Of a stretch of 64,000 nt of DNA, positions 18,382-27,421 are shown in pieces (within the stretch, counting starts at the first letter, position 1; every line of letters starts with the position of its first letter). Made by a program: the position numbers and the translations under genes. The stretch spans positions 1,248,001-1,312,000 of the forward strand of contig CAVXPZ010000001.1 of assembly GCA_963763775.1 (NCBI GenBank), read 5' to 3'. The stretch is from an uncultured Chloroflexia bacterium. Its GTDB lineage: Bacteria; Chloroflexota; Limnocylindria; Limnocylindrales; CSP1-4. Under the pieces are notes generated by a model. The model was not told where the DNA came from, did no database searches, and saw only the letters and a list, made by a program, of their open reading frames with translations.

Positions 18382-19089
18382 TCAGTCGACCGCGGCCGCC
18401 GCGAACGACGCCATGTCCGGGAACGTCAGGTCGGGTGTCGCGTCGGCGGGCGGCGTGGCTCCGGCCCCGTCCTGGCCGTGGCGGCGGTCGATCCACACCG
18501 TGTGGAGGCCCAGCGACTTGGCCGGCACATGGTCGTGGAACAGGCTCTGGGCGACGTGGAGGATGCGCTCGCGCGGGAGGCCGACGCGTTCGAACAGCAC
18601 CTCGAAGTTGTGGATCGCCGGCTTGTAGCCGCCCGCCTGCTGCGCCGTGACGACCCAGTCGAAGCGGACGTCGAGCCGGGCGTTGGAGGCCGCGAACAGG
18701 TCGTCGTCGCAGTTGGTCAGCACGCCGAGCCGGAAGCGGCGCTGGAGGCGCGTCAGCGCGTCGTGCGAATCGGGGAACGCCGGCCAGTCGACGACGGAGC
18801 CGCCGAACGCGGCCAGCTCCTCGGCCGACGGCTCCACCTCGTACGTCGCGCAGGTCGCACGGGCGGCCGTCGCGAGCACGTCGCGGTACCGCCGGTATGG
18901 CGGCTGCTCACCGGTCGCCTCGAAGCCGGCGTACGTCTCGAGCATCTGCTCGTGGCTCGGCGTCACGCCGCGTGGGTCGAGGATCGCCCGGAGCGCCGCC
19001 GAGAGGCCGGCCTCCCAGTCGATGAGCGTCCCGTAGCAGTCGAACGTGAGGGCGTCGAACCGCCCGAAGTCGAAGGCGTCGTCGGTCAT
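18382..19089 (-). CDS. Haloacid dehalogenase type II family hydrolase
   Basis: LTFDCYGTLIDWE, LTNCDD, GYKP, HVAQSLFHDHVPA. Confidence 0.92.
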   Translation of the reverse strand: MTDDAFDFGRFDALTFDCYGTLIDWEAGLSAALRAILDPRGVTPSHEQMLETYAGFEATGEQPPYRRYRDVLATAARATCATYEVEPSAEELAAFGGSVVDWPAFPDSHDALTRLQRRFRLGVLTNCDDDLFAASNARLDVRFDWVVTAQQAGGYKPAIHNFEVLFERVGLPRERILHVAQSLFHDHVPAKSLGLHTVWIDRRHGQDGAGATPPADATPDLTFPDMASFAAAAVD

Positions 19090-19109
19090 GCCGACATCGT
19101 GCCGCATCG

Positions 19110-19932
19110 TCATCGCCGTCGCCACGCGACGAGGCGCCGACGCGAGGCGTCGAACCAGACCAGCCCGGGAGCGCGAGGTGGCGCCATGCCTTCCGTCAGC
19201 GCCCGGACCCAGCCTCTCGACGAACCCGCGAACTCGGTCGCGAACAGGTTGGGGTACGCCGCGATGATCGTGCGGTTCGAGGCCGTGGTCCGGACCACCC
19301 AGACCGACGTGACCCGGTGGATGCCGGGCGGCCGGTCGGCTTCCGGCCCTCGGTCGATGCCGGGCGACCGGCGGGCCTCCGCCTCTCGGTCGATGCCGGG
19401 CGACCGGCGCGCCTCCGCCTCCTTCCGGCGGGTCGACCGGATCGCGGCCCCGACATCCCCGAACGTATTCCACGCCTCGACCAGGATGAGGGTCCGGCTG
19501 CCCGCGGTCCTCGATCGCGACGTCGGTCGAATGCCACGGGTCCTGCGGGTTCGAGGCCCGCTCGACCGTGGCCGGTCGCCCCGTCCCCGCGGCCAGCCCG
19601 AGCAGGAACTCCTGCATCTCGAGATGCCCGGCATCGACCAGCCGATGCCCCTCGCCTAGCGCCCGAGTGAAGGAGATCGCGAGCGGCTGGTCGAGCGCGA
19701 CGCCAAGGGAAACCCACGCCTCGAGCGGTAGGCCGGCACCCAGCCCTCGCTCGATCTGACTGATCCGGGTCTGGTCGAGCCGGACCTGGGTTGCCAGGTC
19801 TCGCTGCGAGAGATCGGCACGACACCGTGCGCGCCGCACCTCGGCACCGAGACTCAGGGCGATCGACGTCGTTCGTCGAGCCGCGTCACGCTGCTTCTCG
19901 GTTCGCCGGTCGCGACGTGGGGTCTCGTCCAC
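19110..19932 (-). CDS. XRE-HTH protein fused to a PD-(D/E)xK nuclease-like domain (frameshift ~19500)
   Basis: LGAEVRRARCRADLSQRDLATQVRLDQTRISQIERG is an XRE HTH; later STDVAIEDRG / RTLILVEAWNTFGDVGAAIRSTRRK resembles a D...E-x-K nuclease core. Confidence 0.7.
19315..19422. repeat. In-frame 36-bp tandem repeat, three copies
   Basis: Unit CGGTCGATGCCGGGCGACCGGCGGGCCTCCGCCTCT; encodes EAEARRSPGIDR twice plus GPEADRPPGIHR. Confidence 0.9.
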
Positions 19933-20040
19933 TCGTCGATGGTCGCGCGTACGGATCACCCTGCGCTTACGCGTCACGCGCTCGATGGTCGCGACGGTCG
20001 GCGCCGCGCCAGAGCCGGTCGGCGCCGACGCCGCGCGCGA

Positions 20041-20098
20041 GCCGGTCGGGCCGCGGTCAGCCGGTCGGGCCGCGGTCAGCCGGTCGACGCCGCAGTCA
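20041..20098. repeat. 19-bp tandem repeat (2 exact copies + 1 degenerate)
   Basis: GCCGGTCGGGCCGCGGTCA at 20041 and 20060; variant at 20079. Confidence 0.85.
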
Positions 20099-20108
20099 GC
20101 CGACGCCG

Positions 20109-20281
20109 CAGGAATGTGGTTCCTACAACTCGGCCATCGGGCCGGATATGGCGTGCCGCGGCGAGTCCGGGACGTCGAATCGCGTAGGACGAGGCGTCGT
20201 CCGCACACGGACGGCCATCCGCAACGTGCACGGATGGCGCGAGTGGCCCGTCAGACCCGGGATGTAGGAATGGGATTCCTG
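20109..20281. other. 173-bp structured non-coding element with inverted palindromic ends (candidate ncRNA, REP-like or MITE-like)
   Basis: CAGGAAT-N4-TTCCTACA at 20109-20127 and its inverted copy at 20263-20281, with internal complementary stems. Confidence 0.6.
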
Positions 20282-20317
20282 GGGACGGGATCTGGGGCTT
20301 CGGCGGAGGTGAGGGCA

Positions 20318-20361
20318 CGCCCCGGCGGGCACGCTCTGGCGCCCCGGCGGGCACGCTCTGG
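20318..20361. repeat. 22-bp tandem repeat, two copies
   Basis: CGCCCCGGCGGGCACGCTCTGG at 20318 and 20340. Confidence 0.85.
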
Positions 20362-20391
20362 CGGGTGCGCCCCGTGACCCGGCCCGAATTC

Positions 20392-20423
20392 CGAAGGGCC
20401 GGCCCTCGCGGGCCGGCCCTTCG
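20392..20423 (-). terminator. Hairpin terminator downstream of the ABC operon
   Basis: CGAAGGGCCGGCCC-TCGC-GGGCCGGCCCTTCG, 14-bp perfect stem. Confidence 0.7.
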
Positions 20424-20457
20424 TGTCTGCGACCGACGGAAGTGTCGGCGGTGATCC

Positions 20458-21567
20458 CTACTTGCCACCCTCGGTGAGGGTGACGGCCTTCTTCTGCCAG
20501 GACGTGCCGTTCTTGTCACCGTCGAGGGCCGCGAGGGCCTTGGCGGTGTAGTCGTTCGTCCAGGCGGTGGCGTCCGGGAGGGCCTTGATGATCGCGCCAT
20601 CGAGCGCGACCTGGGCCGTCCGGTCGAAGGCGGCCTTGTCCATCGTGCCGATCCCGTTCGGGGACGGCCAGATGAGCCCGTTGATCTCGTTGAGCTGCCA
20701 GGTCTGATGGCCCTTCGGCAGCTTGGCGTCGGCCGCGAGCACGATCGAGACCGCTTCGTCCGGGTTGTCCCGGCAGAACTGCCAGCCCTTGTAGGCCGCG
20801 GTCAGGAACTTGGTCGCGGTGTCGCCGTTGTCGCCGTCCTTGAGCCAGGACTCGTCCGCGAAGATCGCGTCCTGGAGCATCGCGGTGCCGGCCGACTCCA
20901 TCGAGACGACGTCCATGTCCTCCGGCGCGTAGAGCTTGCCGGTGGCCGGGTTCTTGGCTTCGAGCACCTGCGCGTACTCGTTGTAGATCATCGCCTGGGC
21001 GGCGTCGATCTCGCCGTTGAGGAAGGCGGTCATCGTGAAGTCCTGCGGCACGATGGTCACGTCGGACGGCTTGGTCGGGTCGATGCCCACCTTGCGCATC
21101 GCGGCGTACAGCTCGGCCTCGTTGCCGAAGCCCCACGTGCCGACCTTCTTGCCCTTCCAGTCCTCGGGCTTGGTGATGGCCTTGTCCTTCATCGCGATCT
21201 GGAGCGTGCCGGACCGCTGGAACGGCATGCCGATGATCTGGACGTCCGCGCCGGACTCGCGCGACGCGAGCAGCTTCGGGACCCAGCTGATGCCGAACTC
21301 GGCGTTCCCGCCGGCCACGACGGTCGCCGGCACGATGTCGACGCCGCCAGGGAGGATGGAGACATCCAGGCCCTGGTCCTTGAAGAAGCCCTTGTCCTTC
21401 GCCGCGAAGTAGCCGCAGAACTGCGCCTGCGGGAACCACTGGAGCTGGAGCTTCACCGGCGTCAACGCGCCGCTGCTCGCCCCGGCGCTTGCGCCACCAC
21501 CGGAACTACACGCGGCCACCACCAGCGCCACGAGCGCCAATGCGGCGGCGATCCCTCGCACCCTCAT
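20458..21567 (-). CDS. ABC transporter substrate-binding lipoprotein, NMT1/THI5-like
   Basis: Lipobox VAAC; LQLQWFPQAQFCGYFAA; AQAMIYNE. Confidence 0.92.
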   Translation of the reverse strand: MRVRGIAAALALVALVVAACSSGGGASAGASSGALTPVKLQLQWFPQAQFCGYFAAKDKGFFKDQGLDVSILPGGVDIVPATVVAGGNAEFGISWVPKLLASRESGADVQIIGMPFQRSGTLQIAMKDKAITKPEDWKGKKVGTWGFGNEAELYAAMRKVGIDPTKPSDVTIVPQDFTMTAFLNGEIDAAQAMIYNEYAQVLEAKNPATGKLYAPEDMDVVSMESAGTAMLQDAIFADESWLKDGDNGDTATKFLTAAYKGWQFCRDNPDEAVSIVLAADAKLPKGHQTWQLNEINGLIWPSPNGIGTMDKAAFDRTAQVALDGAIIKALPDATAWTNDYTAKALAALDGDKNGTSWQKKAVTLTEGGK

Positions 21568-21688
21568 CCGTTCCTCCTCCTCGTCGGTCGGGTCTCGTCC
21601 CGACCGTTCCTCCGGACCGAAAGTCTAGCGACCGCCGCGGTCCCGGACGGTCCGATCGCCACACGCACGACGGGCGTGACCCGGTCGC

Positions 21689-22531
21689 CTACTCGCCCTC
21701 CCAGGTCGTCCGGTACGACGCGTGCCAGGGCATCACGAGCCGTTCGACGATCACCACCATGACGTACAGCGTGATCCCGATCGCCGAGGCGAACGAGATC
21801 GCCGCCCACGACCGCTCGAGGTTCAGGTACGCGGCGTAGCGGACGATGTACTGGCCGAGGCTGATGCTCGGGGCGCCGAAGTACTCCCCGATGACCGCGC
21901 CGATGGTCGCCAGTGTCGTCGCGACCTTGAGCGCCGTGAAGATGAACGGCAGCGCGCTCGGCCAGCGGACGGCCCGGAAGGTCTGCGTGTCCGAGGCGGC
22001 GAGGGAGCGCATCAGCTCGAGCGCGGCCGGTTCCACGTGGAGCAAGCCCCGTGCGGTATTGATCATCACCGGGAAGAAACACAGGATGGCCGCGACCATC
22101 GCCTTGGAGAGTTGCGAGTCCAGCCCGAACCAGTTGTTGATGAGCGGCGCGAACGCGATGATCGGGACCGCGTTCACCGCGATCGCGAACGGCAGCACCG
22201 ATTCGCGCATCGCCGACCAGCGCGCGGCCACCGTCCCGAACATGAGCCCGCCGATGCACCCGATCGCGAGCCCGAGGAGGATCTCGACCAGGGTGTAGGT
22301 CGTCGACGCCCAGAGCTCCGGCAGGTATGTGACCCACGCGTTCGCGATGGCGCTCGGGGCCGGCAGGATGAACTGGGGCAGGGCAAGGATCCGAACGAGC
22401 AGGTCCCAGACCACCAGGGCGCCCACGAAGATGCCGATGGGCAGCAGCCACGAGCGGATCGCCCGTCCGGCGTCGCTCGCGACGGACGCCCTGGACCCCG
22501 GCGGCGGCAACGGCGCGCCGGGGGCACTCAC
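21689..22531 (-). CDS. ABC transporter permease (SsuC/TauC-like)
   Basis: FILPAPSAI, VPIIAFAPL, FFPVMINTARGL, GAVIGEY. Confidence 0.92.
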   Translation of the reverse strand: MSAPGAPLPPPGSRASVASDAGRAIRSWLLPIGIFVGALVVWDLLVRILALPQFILPAPSAIANAWVTYLPELWASTTYTLVEILLGLAIGCIGGLMFGTVAARWSAMRESVLPFAIAVNAVPIIAFAPLINNWFGLDSQLSKAMVAAILCFFPVMINTARGLLHVEPAALELMRSLAASDTQTFRAVRWPSALPFIFTALKVATTLATIGAVIGEYFGAPSISLGQYIVRYAAYLNLERSWAAISFASAIGITLYVMVVIVERLVMPWHASYRTTWEGE

Positions 22532-22541
22532 CGTCGGCGCC

Positions 22542-23417
22542 TCATGCGGAGAGACCCTCGGCCGCGACCCGCCGCGCACCGGCGTCACCGCCACCGCGGG
22601 GGGTGCCGCCACCGTCCTCGATCCCACGAAGGGCTTCGCGCACCTCGGTGACGAGCTCGTAGTACCGCTCCATCTCGCGGGTCTCCACGTCCCGGGTCCG
22701 CGGCAGGTCGATGGGGATGACCTTCGTGATGCGGCCGGGCCGCGGGCTCATGACCACGACGCGCGTCGAGAGGAAGACCGCCTCGGGGATCGAGTGGGTG
22801 ACGAAGATGATCGTCGTCCCGGTCCGCTCCCAGATCCGCAGCAGCTCGAGGTTCATCCGCTCGCGGGTCATCTCGTCGAGCGCCCCGAACGGCTCGTCCA
22901 TCAGGATCAGCGCCGGGTCGAGGGCGAGCGCGCGGGCGATCGCCGCCCGCTGCTGCATGCCACCGGACAGCTGCCACGGATGGTGCTCGCCGAACTCCCC
23001 GAGCTCGACGAGGTCGAGCATCTCCTGCGCCTTGGCCTCGCGCGCCCGCTTGTCGCGGCCGATGATCTCGAGGGGCAGCTCGACGTTGCGCCGGACCGTC
23101 CGCCAGTCGAACAGCACGGGCGCCTGGAAGACCATGCCGTAGTCATGGTCCTGCCGCGCCTGGCCCGCCGGCTTGCCGTTGACCGTCACGGTCCCGGACG
23201 TGGCACCCGTGAGGTCGGCCACGATGCGCAGCAGCGTGCTCTTGCCGCACCCGGACGGGCCGATGAGCGAGATGAACTCGCCGCGCGCGATCGAGAGGTC
23301 GATGCCGCGCAGCGCCTCGACCGTGGCCGCGCCCTTGCCGCGCGCCTCGAACGACTTGCCGACATCGCGCAGGTCGACGACGACCTCAGCCGGGTCCACG
23401 GTCGGCTCGACGGTCAT
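22542..23417 (-). CDS. ABC transporter ATP-binding protein (SsuB/TauB-like)
   Basis: GPSGCGKST, LSGGMQQR, LMDEPFGALD, FVTHS. Confidence 0.95.
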   Translation of the reverse strand: MTVEPTVDPAEVVVDLRDVGKSFEARGKGAATVEALRGIDLSIARGEFISLIGPSGCGKSTLLRIVADLTGATSGTVTVNGKPAGQARQDHDYGMVFQAPVLFDWRTVRRNVELPLEIIGRDKRAREAKAQEMLDLVELGEFGEHHPWQLSGGMQQRAAIARALALDPALILMDEPFGALDEMTRERMNLELLRIWERTGTTIIFVTHSIPEAVFLSTRVVVMSPRPGRITKVIPIDLPRTRDVETREMERYYELVTEVREALRGIEDGGGTPRGGGDAGARRVAAEGLSA

Positions 23418-24274
23418 GCGAACTCCTCGTCACGATGGTAGCTCCGAAGGACCAGTCGCTCGGCGATCACGACCAGGGCGAAGGCGATGATGCCGACGAC
23501 GGCGCACATCATGATCGCCGCCCAGAGATCGCCCGGCGAGAACGCGTAGTACTGCATCGCCTGGAGGAGCGAACCGCCGAGGCCTTCACGGATCCCGGCC
23601 GGGAATTCGCCGACGATCGCTCCGACGACACTGGCGGTCGCGGCGATGCGGAACGCGGTGAAGAGATACGGCGGCGAGGCCGGGAGCCGCAGCTTGGTGA
23701 GGATCGTGCGCCGGCCGGCCGCATACGAGCGCATCAGCTCGAACGCGCGCGGGTCGGCCGATCGCATGCCGCGCAGCGCCGCGATCGTGACCGGGAAGAA
23801 CGTCAGGTACGTGGCGACGATGGCGACGCCGAACCAGCCGGCCTTGAGACCGACGACCACCACGGGGGCGATCGCGATGATCGGCACGGTCTGGCTGGCG
23901 ACGAGCAACGGGACGAGCCCGCGTTCGAGGACGCGGACGTGGACCAGTACGATCGCCAGGCCGAGGCCGACGGTCACGCCGAGGAAGAACCCGAGGAACG
24001 CCTCGCGGAGGGTGAACAGGCCGGCACGGACCAGCGACGAGGCGTAGGTGTCGCCGGCGGCGTCGACCCCGAAGAACGCCGAGACGATCGTCCAGAGATG
24101 CGGCAGGTTGAGGTCGTTGACGGGCTTCCACGAGAACGGCGGCTGCCACACGACCTGCTCGCCCGATCGCCACGGGTCACCCGCGAGGACCTTCGCCAGC
24201 TCCCAGGTCACCAGGATGAAGACGACGACGCCGAGGAACCCGAGGACGGGACGCGCGCGGCGGGAGGTCCTCAT
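23414..24274 (-). CDS. ABC transporter permease
   Basis: QTVPIIAIAP, FFPVTIAALRG, GAIVGE; ATGA overlap with the ATPase gene. Confidence 0.92.
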   Translation of the reverse strand: MRTSRRARPVLGFLGVVVFILVTWELAKVLAGDPWRSGEQVVWQPPFSWKPVNDLNLPHLWTIVSAFFGVDAAGDTYASSLVRAGLFTLREAFLGFFLGVTVGLGLAIVLVHVRVLERGLVPLLVASQTVPIIAIAPVVVVGLKAGWFGVAIVATYLTFFPVTIAALRGMRSADPRAFELMRSYAAGRRTILTKLRLPASPPYLFTAFRIAATASVVGAIVGEFPAGIREGLGGSLLQAMQYYAFSPGDLWAAIMMCAVVGIIAFALVVIAERLVLRSYHRDEEFA

Positions 24275-24325
24275 CCGTCGATCCGACTCCTTCGTGCTGG
24301 CGGGCCGATTGTGGCAGAACCGCTT

Positions 24326-25065
24326 TCACGCCGGCGGGTGATCCGAGCGGAGGAAGCCGAGGACTCGGCGATCGAACTCCTCGGCCCGCTCCCACATGGG
24401 GTTGTGCCCGGCGCCGGGGATGATCGTCAAGGATGCGTCGGGGATCAGTGCGGCGATCTGCCGTCCGATCGTCGGCGAGCAGATCCCGTCATGCTCGCCC
24501 CACACCACCAGTGTCGGTGCCTCGACCGACGGGAGTTTCGCCTGCCAATCGTTCCCAAGCACCTCGACGGTGGCGCCCGCCATGCGGATGAGCCCCGATC
24601 GCCAGACATCACGCACCAGTACGGGGGCCATCGACGGAGCGCTCCATGGCAGCGTGGCGATCGCGCCGGTGATCCGGTGACGCCATGACGGGTCGAGGGC
24701 GATGAAGCCGGCGTCGACCAGGACGAGCCGATCGACGCGATCGGGATGGTCTGCGGCGATGCCGCCAGCCACGACGCCGCCCATCGAATGACCGATGAGG
24801 TGCGCTCGGTCGATCCCCACCTCGTCCATGAGATCGACGACCTGTGCCGGCACGTTCTCGAGCACGAACCGCGCATCCGGGCTGGTCCCACCGAATCCGG
24901 GCAGGTCGATCGCCGTGACCCGGAATGCGGTCGACAGGGCCGGGATGTTCTTTCGCCACCACGCCCAGGACGCCGCGAGGCCGTGGAGGAGGATCAGTGG
25001 CGGACCCTCCCCCGCGACGTGCGAAACGACCGGGCCGTGGCGAGTCGGGATCGCGGTGCGACCGG
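24326..25065 (-). CDS. Alpha/beta hydrolase domain (no in-frame start for the full domain; possibly fused to the upstream hydrolase)
   Basis: The frame stays open upstream of 24865: GEGPPLILLHGLAASWAWW...IDLPGFG; GHSMGG nucleophile; GEHD; GAGH. Confidence 0.8.
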
Positions 25066-25896
25066 CTACGCGCCCGCGGTCAGCAACACCCGCACGCGAC
25101 CCTTGGCGGTGGGATCGTCGACGATCGGGCGGTCAGCCATCCACGAGCGCACGACGTTGGCCAGTTGGTCCGGGTGCGAGAAGTTGATCGCGTGTGCGGC
25201 ACCATCGATGACGACGGCCGTCACGTGCGGGAGGTTCGAGGCCTTCTCCAGCAACCAGGCCTCGTTGATCAGGGGGTCTCGAGAACCCATCACCGCGAGG
25301 ACCGGCATGCGCATGCCCGCCAACCGCCGTGCCGTCGGGTAGTGGAGCATCGACTTGAGCAGGTCGATCGAGGCGATCGGCCCGTAGCGGAAGTAGTCCT
25401 CGGTCGCGATCGGCGCCATGCCCAAGGGTTCACGCATCGCCGCCAGGATCAACTGGCGTACGCCGCGTCGGACCGGGACGTTGTATTCGCCGCCAGCGGG
25501 CCCGACGAAGATCGCCCGATCCACTCGGTCCGGAAAGTGGTCGACGAATTCGCCGATGATCGGACAGCCCAGGGAATTCCCGAGCAGGGTGGCTCGCTCG
25601 ACGCCGACGTGATCGAGGAATCGGCCGAGCGCGTCCGCCAGTGCGGGGATGTCGTACGGCTTGGGAGGCCGCTGACTCCGGCCGAATCCTGGCAGGTCCG
25701 GGACATAGGTCCGGAACTCGGGCGCGAGCCGCCAGGCGGTCGGCATGAGGTACCGCCCCGAGATCGCGAACCCGTGGATGTGGACCATGACCGGCGCGTC
25801 GGCTGGCGGTGCCGGCTCCGCGTTCGTCCGGTAGAGGAAGGACCGACCATCGAGGGTCGTCCGAACCTCCTTGAGACTGACCGGGTCGTCGTTCAT
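25066..25896 (-). CDS. Alpha/beta hydrolase
   Basis: HIHGF, PDLPGFGRS, GNSLG, GSRDP, GAAHAINFSHP. Confidence 0.88.
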   Translation of the reverse strand: MNDDPVSLKEVRTTLDGRSFLYRTNAEPAPPADAPVMVHIHGFAISGRYLMPTAWRLAPEFRTYVPDLPGFGRSQRPPKPYDIPALADALGRFLDHVGVERATLLGNSLGCPIIGEFVDHFPDRVDRAIFVGPAGGEYNVPVRRGVRQLILAAMREPLGMAPIATEDYFRYGPIASIDLLKSMLHYPTARRLAGMRMPVLAVMGSRDPLINEAWLLEKASNLPHVTAVVIDGAAHAINFSHPDQLANVVRSWMADRPIVDDPTAKGRVRVLLTAGA

Positions 25897-25909
25897 GACG
25901 AGGCCTCCG

Positions 25910-27244
25910 CTACCCGACCGCCTGGTCCGCGATGTCGAGCGCGCGATCGATGATCTCGAAGCCGTCGGCGAGCTGCGCCTCGGTGATGCACAGCGGCGGG
26001 TTCGTGTGGATGGAGTTGTTGGCGATCATCGTGTACAGGCCGGCCTCGCGGAGCGCCTTGCCGATCGCCTTCATCTCGTCCGACGTCCCGTTGAACGGCG
26101 TGAGCGGGGTCCACGGATCGCGGCTGCGGACGAGGTCGAGGATCCCGAACAGACCCAGGTTGCGATGGGCGCCCACGGACGGGTGCTTCGCCGCCAGCCG
26201 CTCGTGGTGCGCGCGCATGACGGGCCCGAGCGCGGCCGCGTGCTCGATGAGGCCGTCCTCCTCGTACACGCCGATGGTGGCCAGGGCGGCGGCCAGGCTG
26301 ACCGGGTGACTGCTGTAGGTGAGGCCGCCGTAGAACATCTTGTCCTGGAAGACCTCGGCCACGGACGGGCGCATCGCGACCGCGCCGAGCGGGAGATAGC
26401 TCGACGTCAGGCCCTTCGCCATCGTCATCAGGTCCGGTGTGACGTCCCAGTGGTCGATCGCGAACCAGCGCCCGGTCCGTCCGAACCCGGCCATCACCTC
26501 GTCGGCGACCATGAGGATCCCGTGCCGGTCGCAGATCTCGCGGACGCCCTGGAGGTAGCCGTCGGGCGGGATGAGGATGCCGTTCGTGCCGACGATCGTC
26601 TCCAGGAAGACCGCGGCGATCGTGTGGGGCCCCTCGTAGCGGATGACGTCCTCGAGGCCCTCCAGGCTCTCCGCGACGGGACGCGGCTCGGCCTCACCCC
26701 AGCGATGCGTGTCGGGGTAGCGCACGACGCCGACGAGCCCCGGCTCGTTCGCCCAGCGGCGCGGGTCGCCGGTCAGCGTCATCGCGCCGAGCGTGGCCCC
26801 GTGGTACGAGCGGTAGCGGGCGAGGACCTTGTACCGGCCGGTCGCGTGCCGCGCGAACTTGATCGCGTTCTCCACGGCCTCGGCCCCGCCGAGCGTGAAG
26901 AAGACCTTGTCCATGTCGCCGGGCAGGATCTCGGCGAGCTTCGCCCCGAGCCTCGCGCGGATCTCGGTCGCGAACGCCGGCTGCACGTACTGGAGCTTGA
27001 GTGCCTGCTCGTTGATCGCGTCGATGACGCGCCGGTCGCCGTGGCCGATGTTGACCGACATCAGCTGGCTGTTGAAGTCGATGATCCGCTGGCCCTCGGG
27101 GGTGTAGAGGTAGATCCCCTCGGCGTGGTCGATCGCGATCGGGTCGACGGCCGCCTGGACGGACCAGGAGAAGATCGTGTGCTGCTTGGCGAGCGCGGCG
27201 ATCTCCGCGCTGGTCATCGTGCCGGGAGCGGTGCTGGTGCCCAT
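25910..27244 (-). CDS. Class III PLP aminotransferase (beta-alanine/omega-amino acid type)
   Basis: DFNSQLMSVNIGHG, YRSYHGAT, ADEVMAGFGRTG, MAKGLTSSY, GGLTYSSHP. Confidence 0.92.
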   Translation of the reverse strand: MGTSTAPGTMTSAEIAALAKQHTIFSWSVQAAVDPIAIDHAEGIYLYTPEGQRIIDFNSQLMSVNIGHGDRRVIDAINEQALKLQYVQPAFATEIRARLGAKLAEILPGDMDKVFFTLGGAEAVENAIKFARHATGRYKVLARYRSYHGATLGAMTLTGDPRRWANEPGLVGVVRYPDTHRWGEAEPRPVAESLEGLEDVIRYEGPHTIAAVFLETIVGTNGILIPPDGYLQGVREICDRHGILMVADEVMAGFGRTGRWFAIDHWDVTPDLMTMAKGLTSSYLPLGAVAMRPSVAEVFQDKMFYGGLTYSSHPVSLAAALATIGVYEEDGLIEHAAALGPVMRAHHERLAAKHPSVGAHRNLGLFGILDLVRSRDPWTPLTPFNGTSDEMKAIGKALREAGLYTMIANNSIHTNPPLCITEAQLADGFEIIDRALDIADQAVG

Positions 27245-27421
27245 GGATCACCTCGGGACGGGCGCGGGGACGGTCGGGGTCGGGGCTCGGTACCGAGGAT
27301 TACAGCACAACGACCGGGTGCCGAAACGGTCGCGAGAGCGGTCGACCCTCCGTGCGCCGGCATGGACGGCCGGGCGACGCTCTACACTCGCATCCCGACA
27401 GACAACGAAGGAGCCGAACCC

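Noticed and set aside
18382-20208. 608-aa ORF suggesting an HTH-HAD fusion
   Set aside because: It arises from the frameshift at ~19500 bridging two genes. The HTH protein has its own C-terminus (stop at 19110) and the HAD gene has its own ATG at 19089.
19315-20361. Short repeats as a CRISPR or mini-array
   Set aside because: Units are directly tandem with no unique spacers, there are only 2-3 copies, and no cas genes are in the window.
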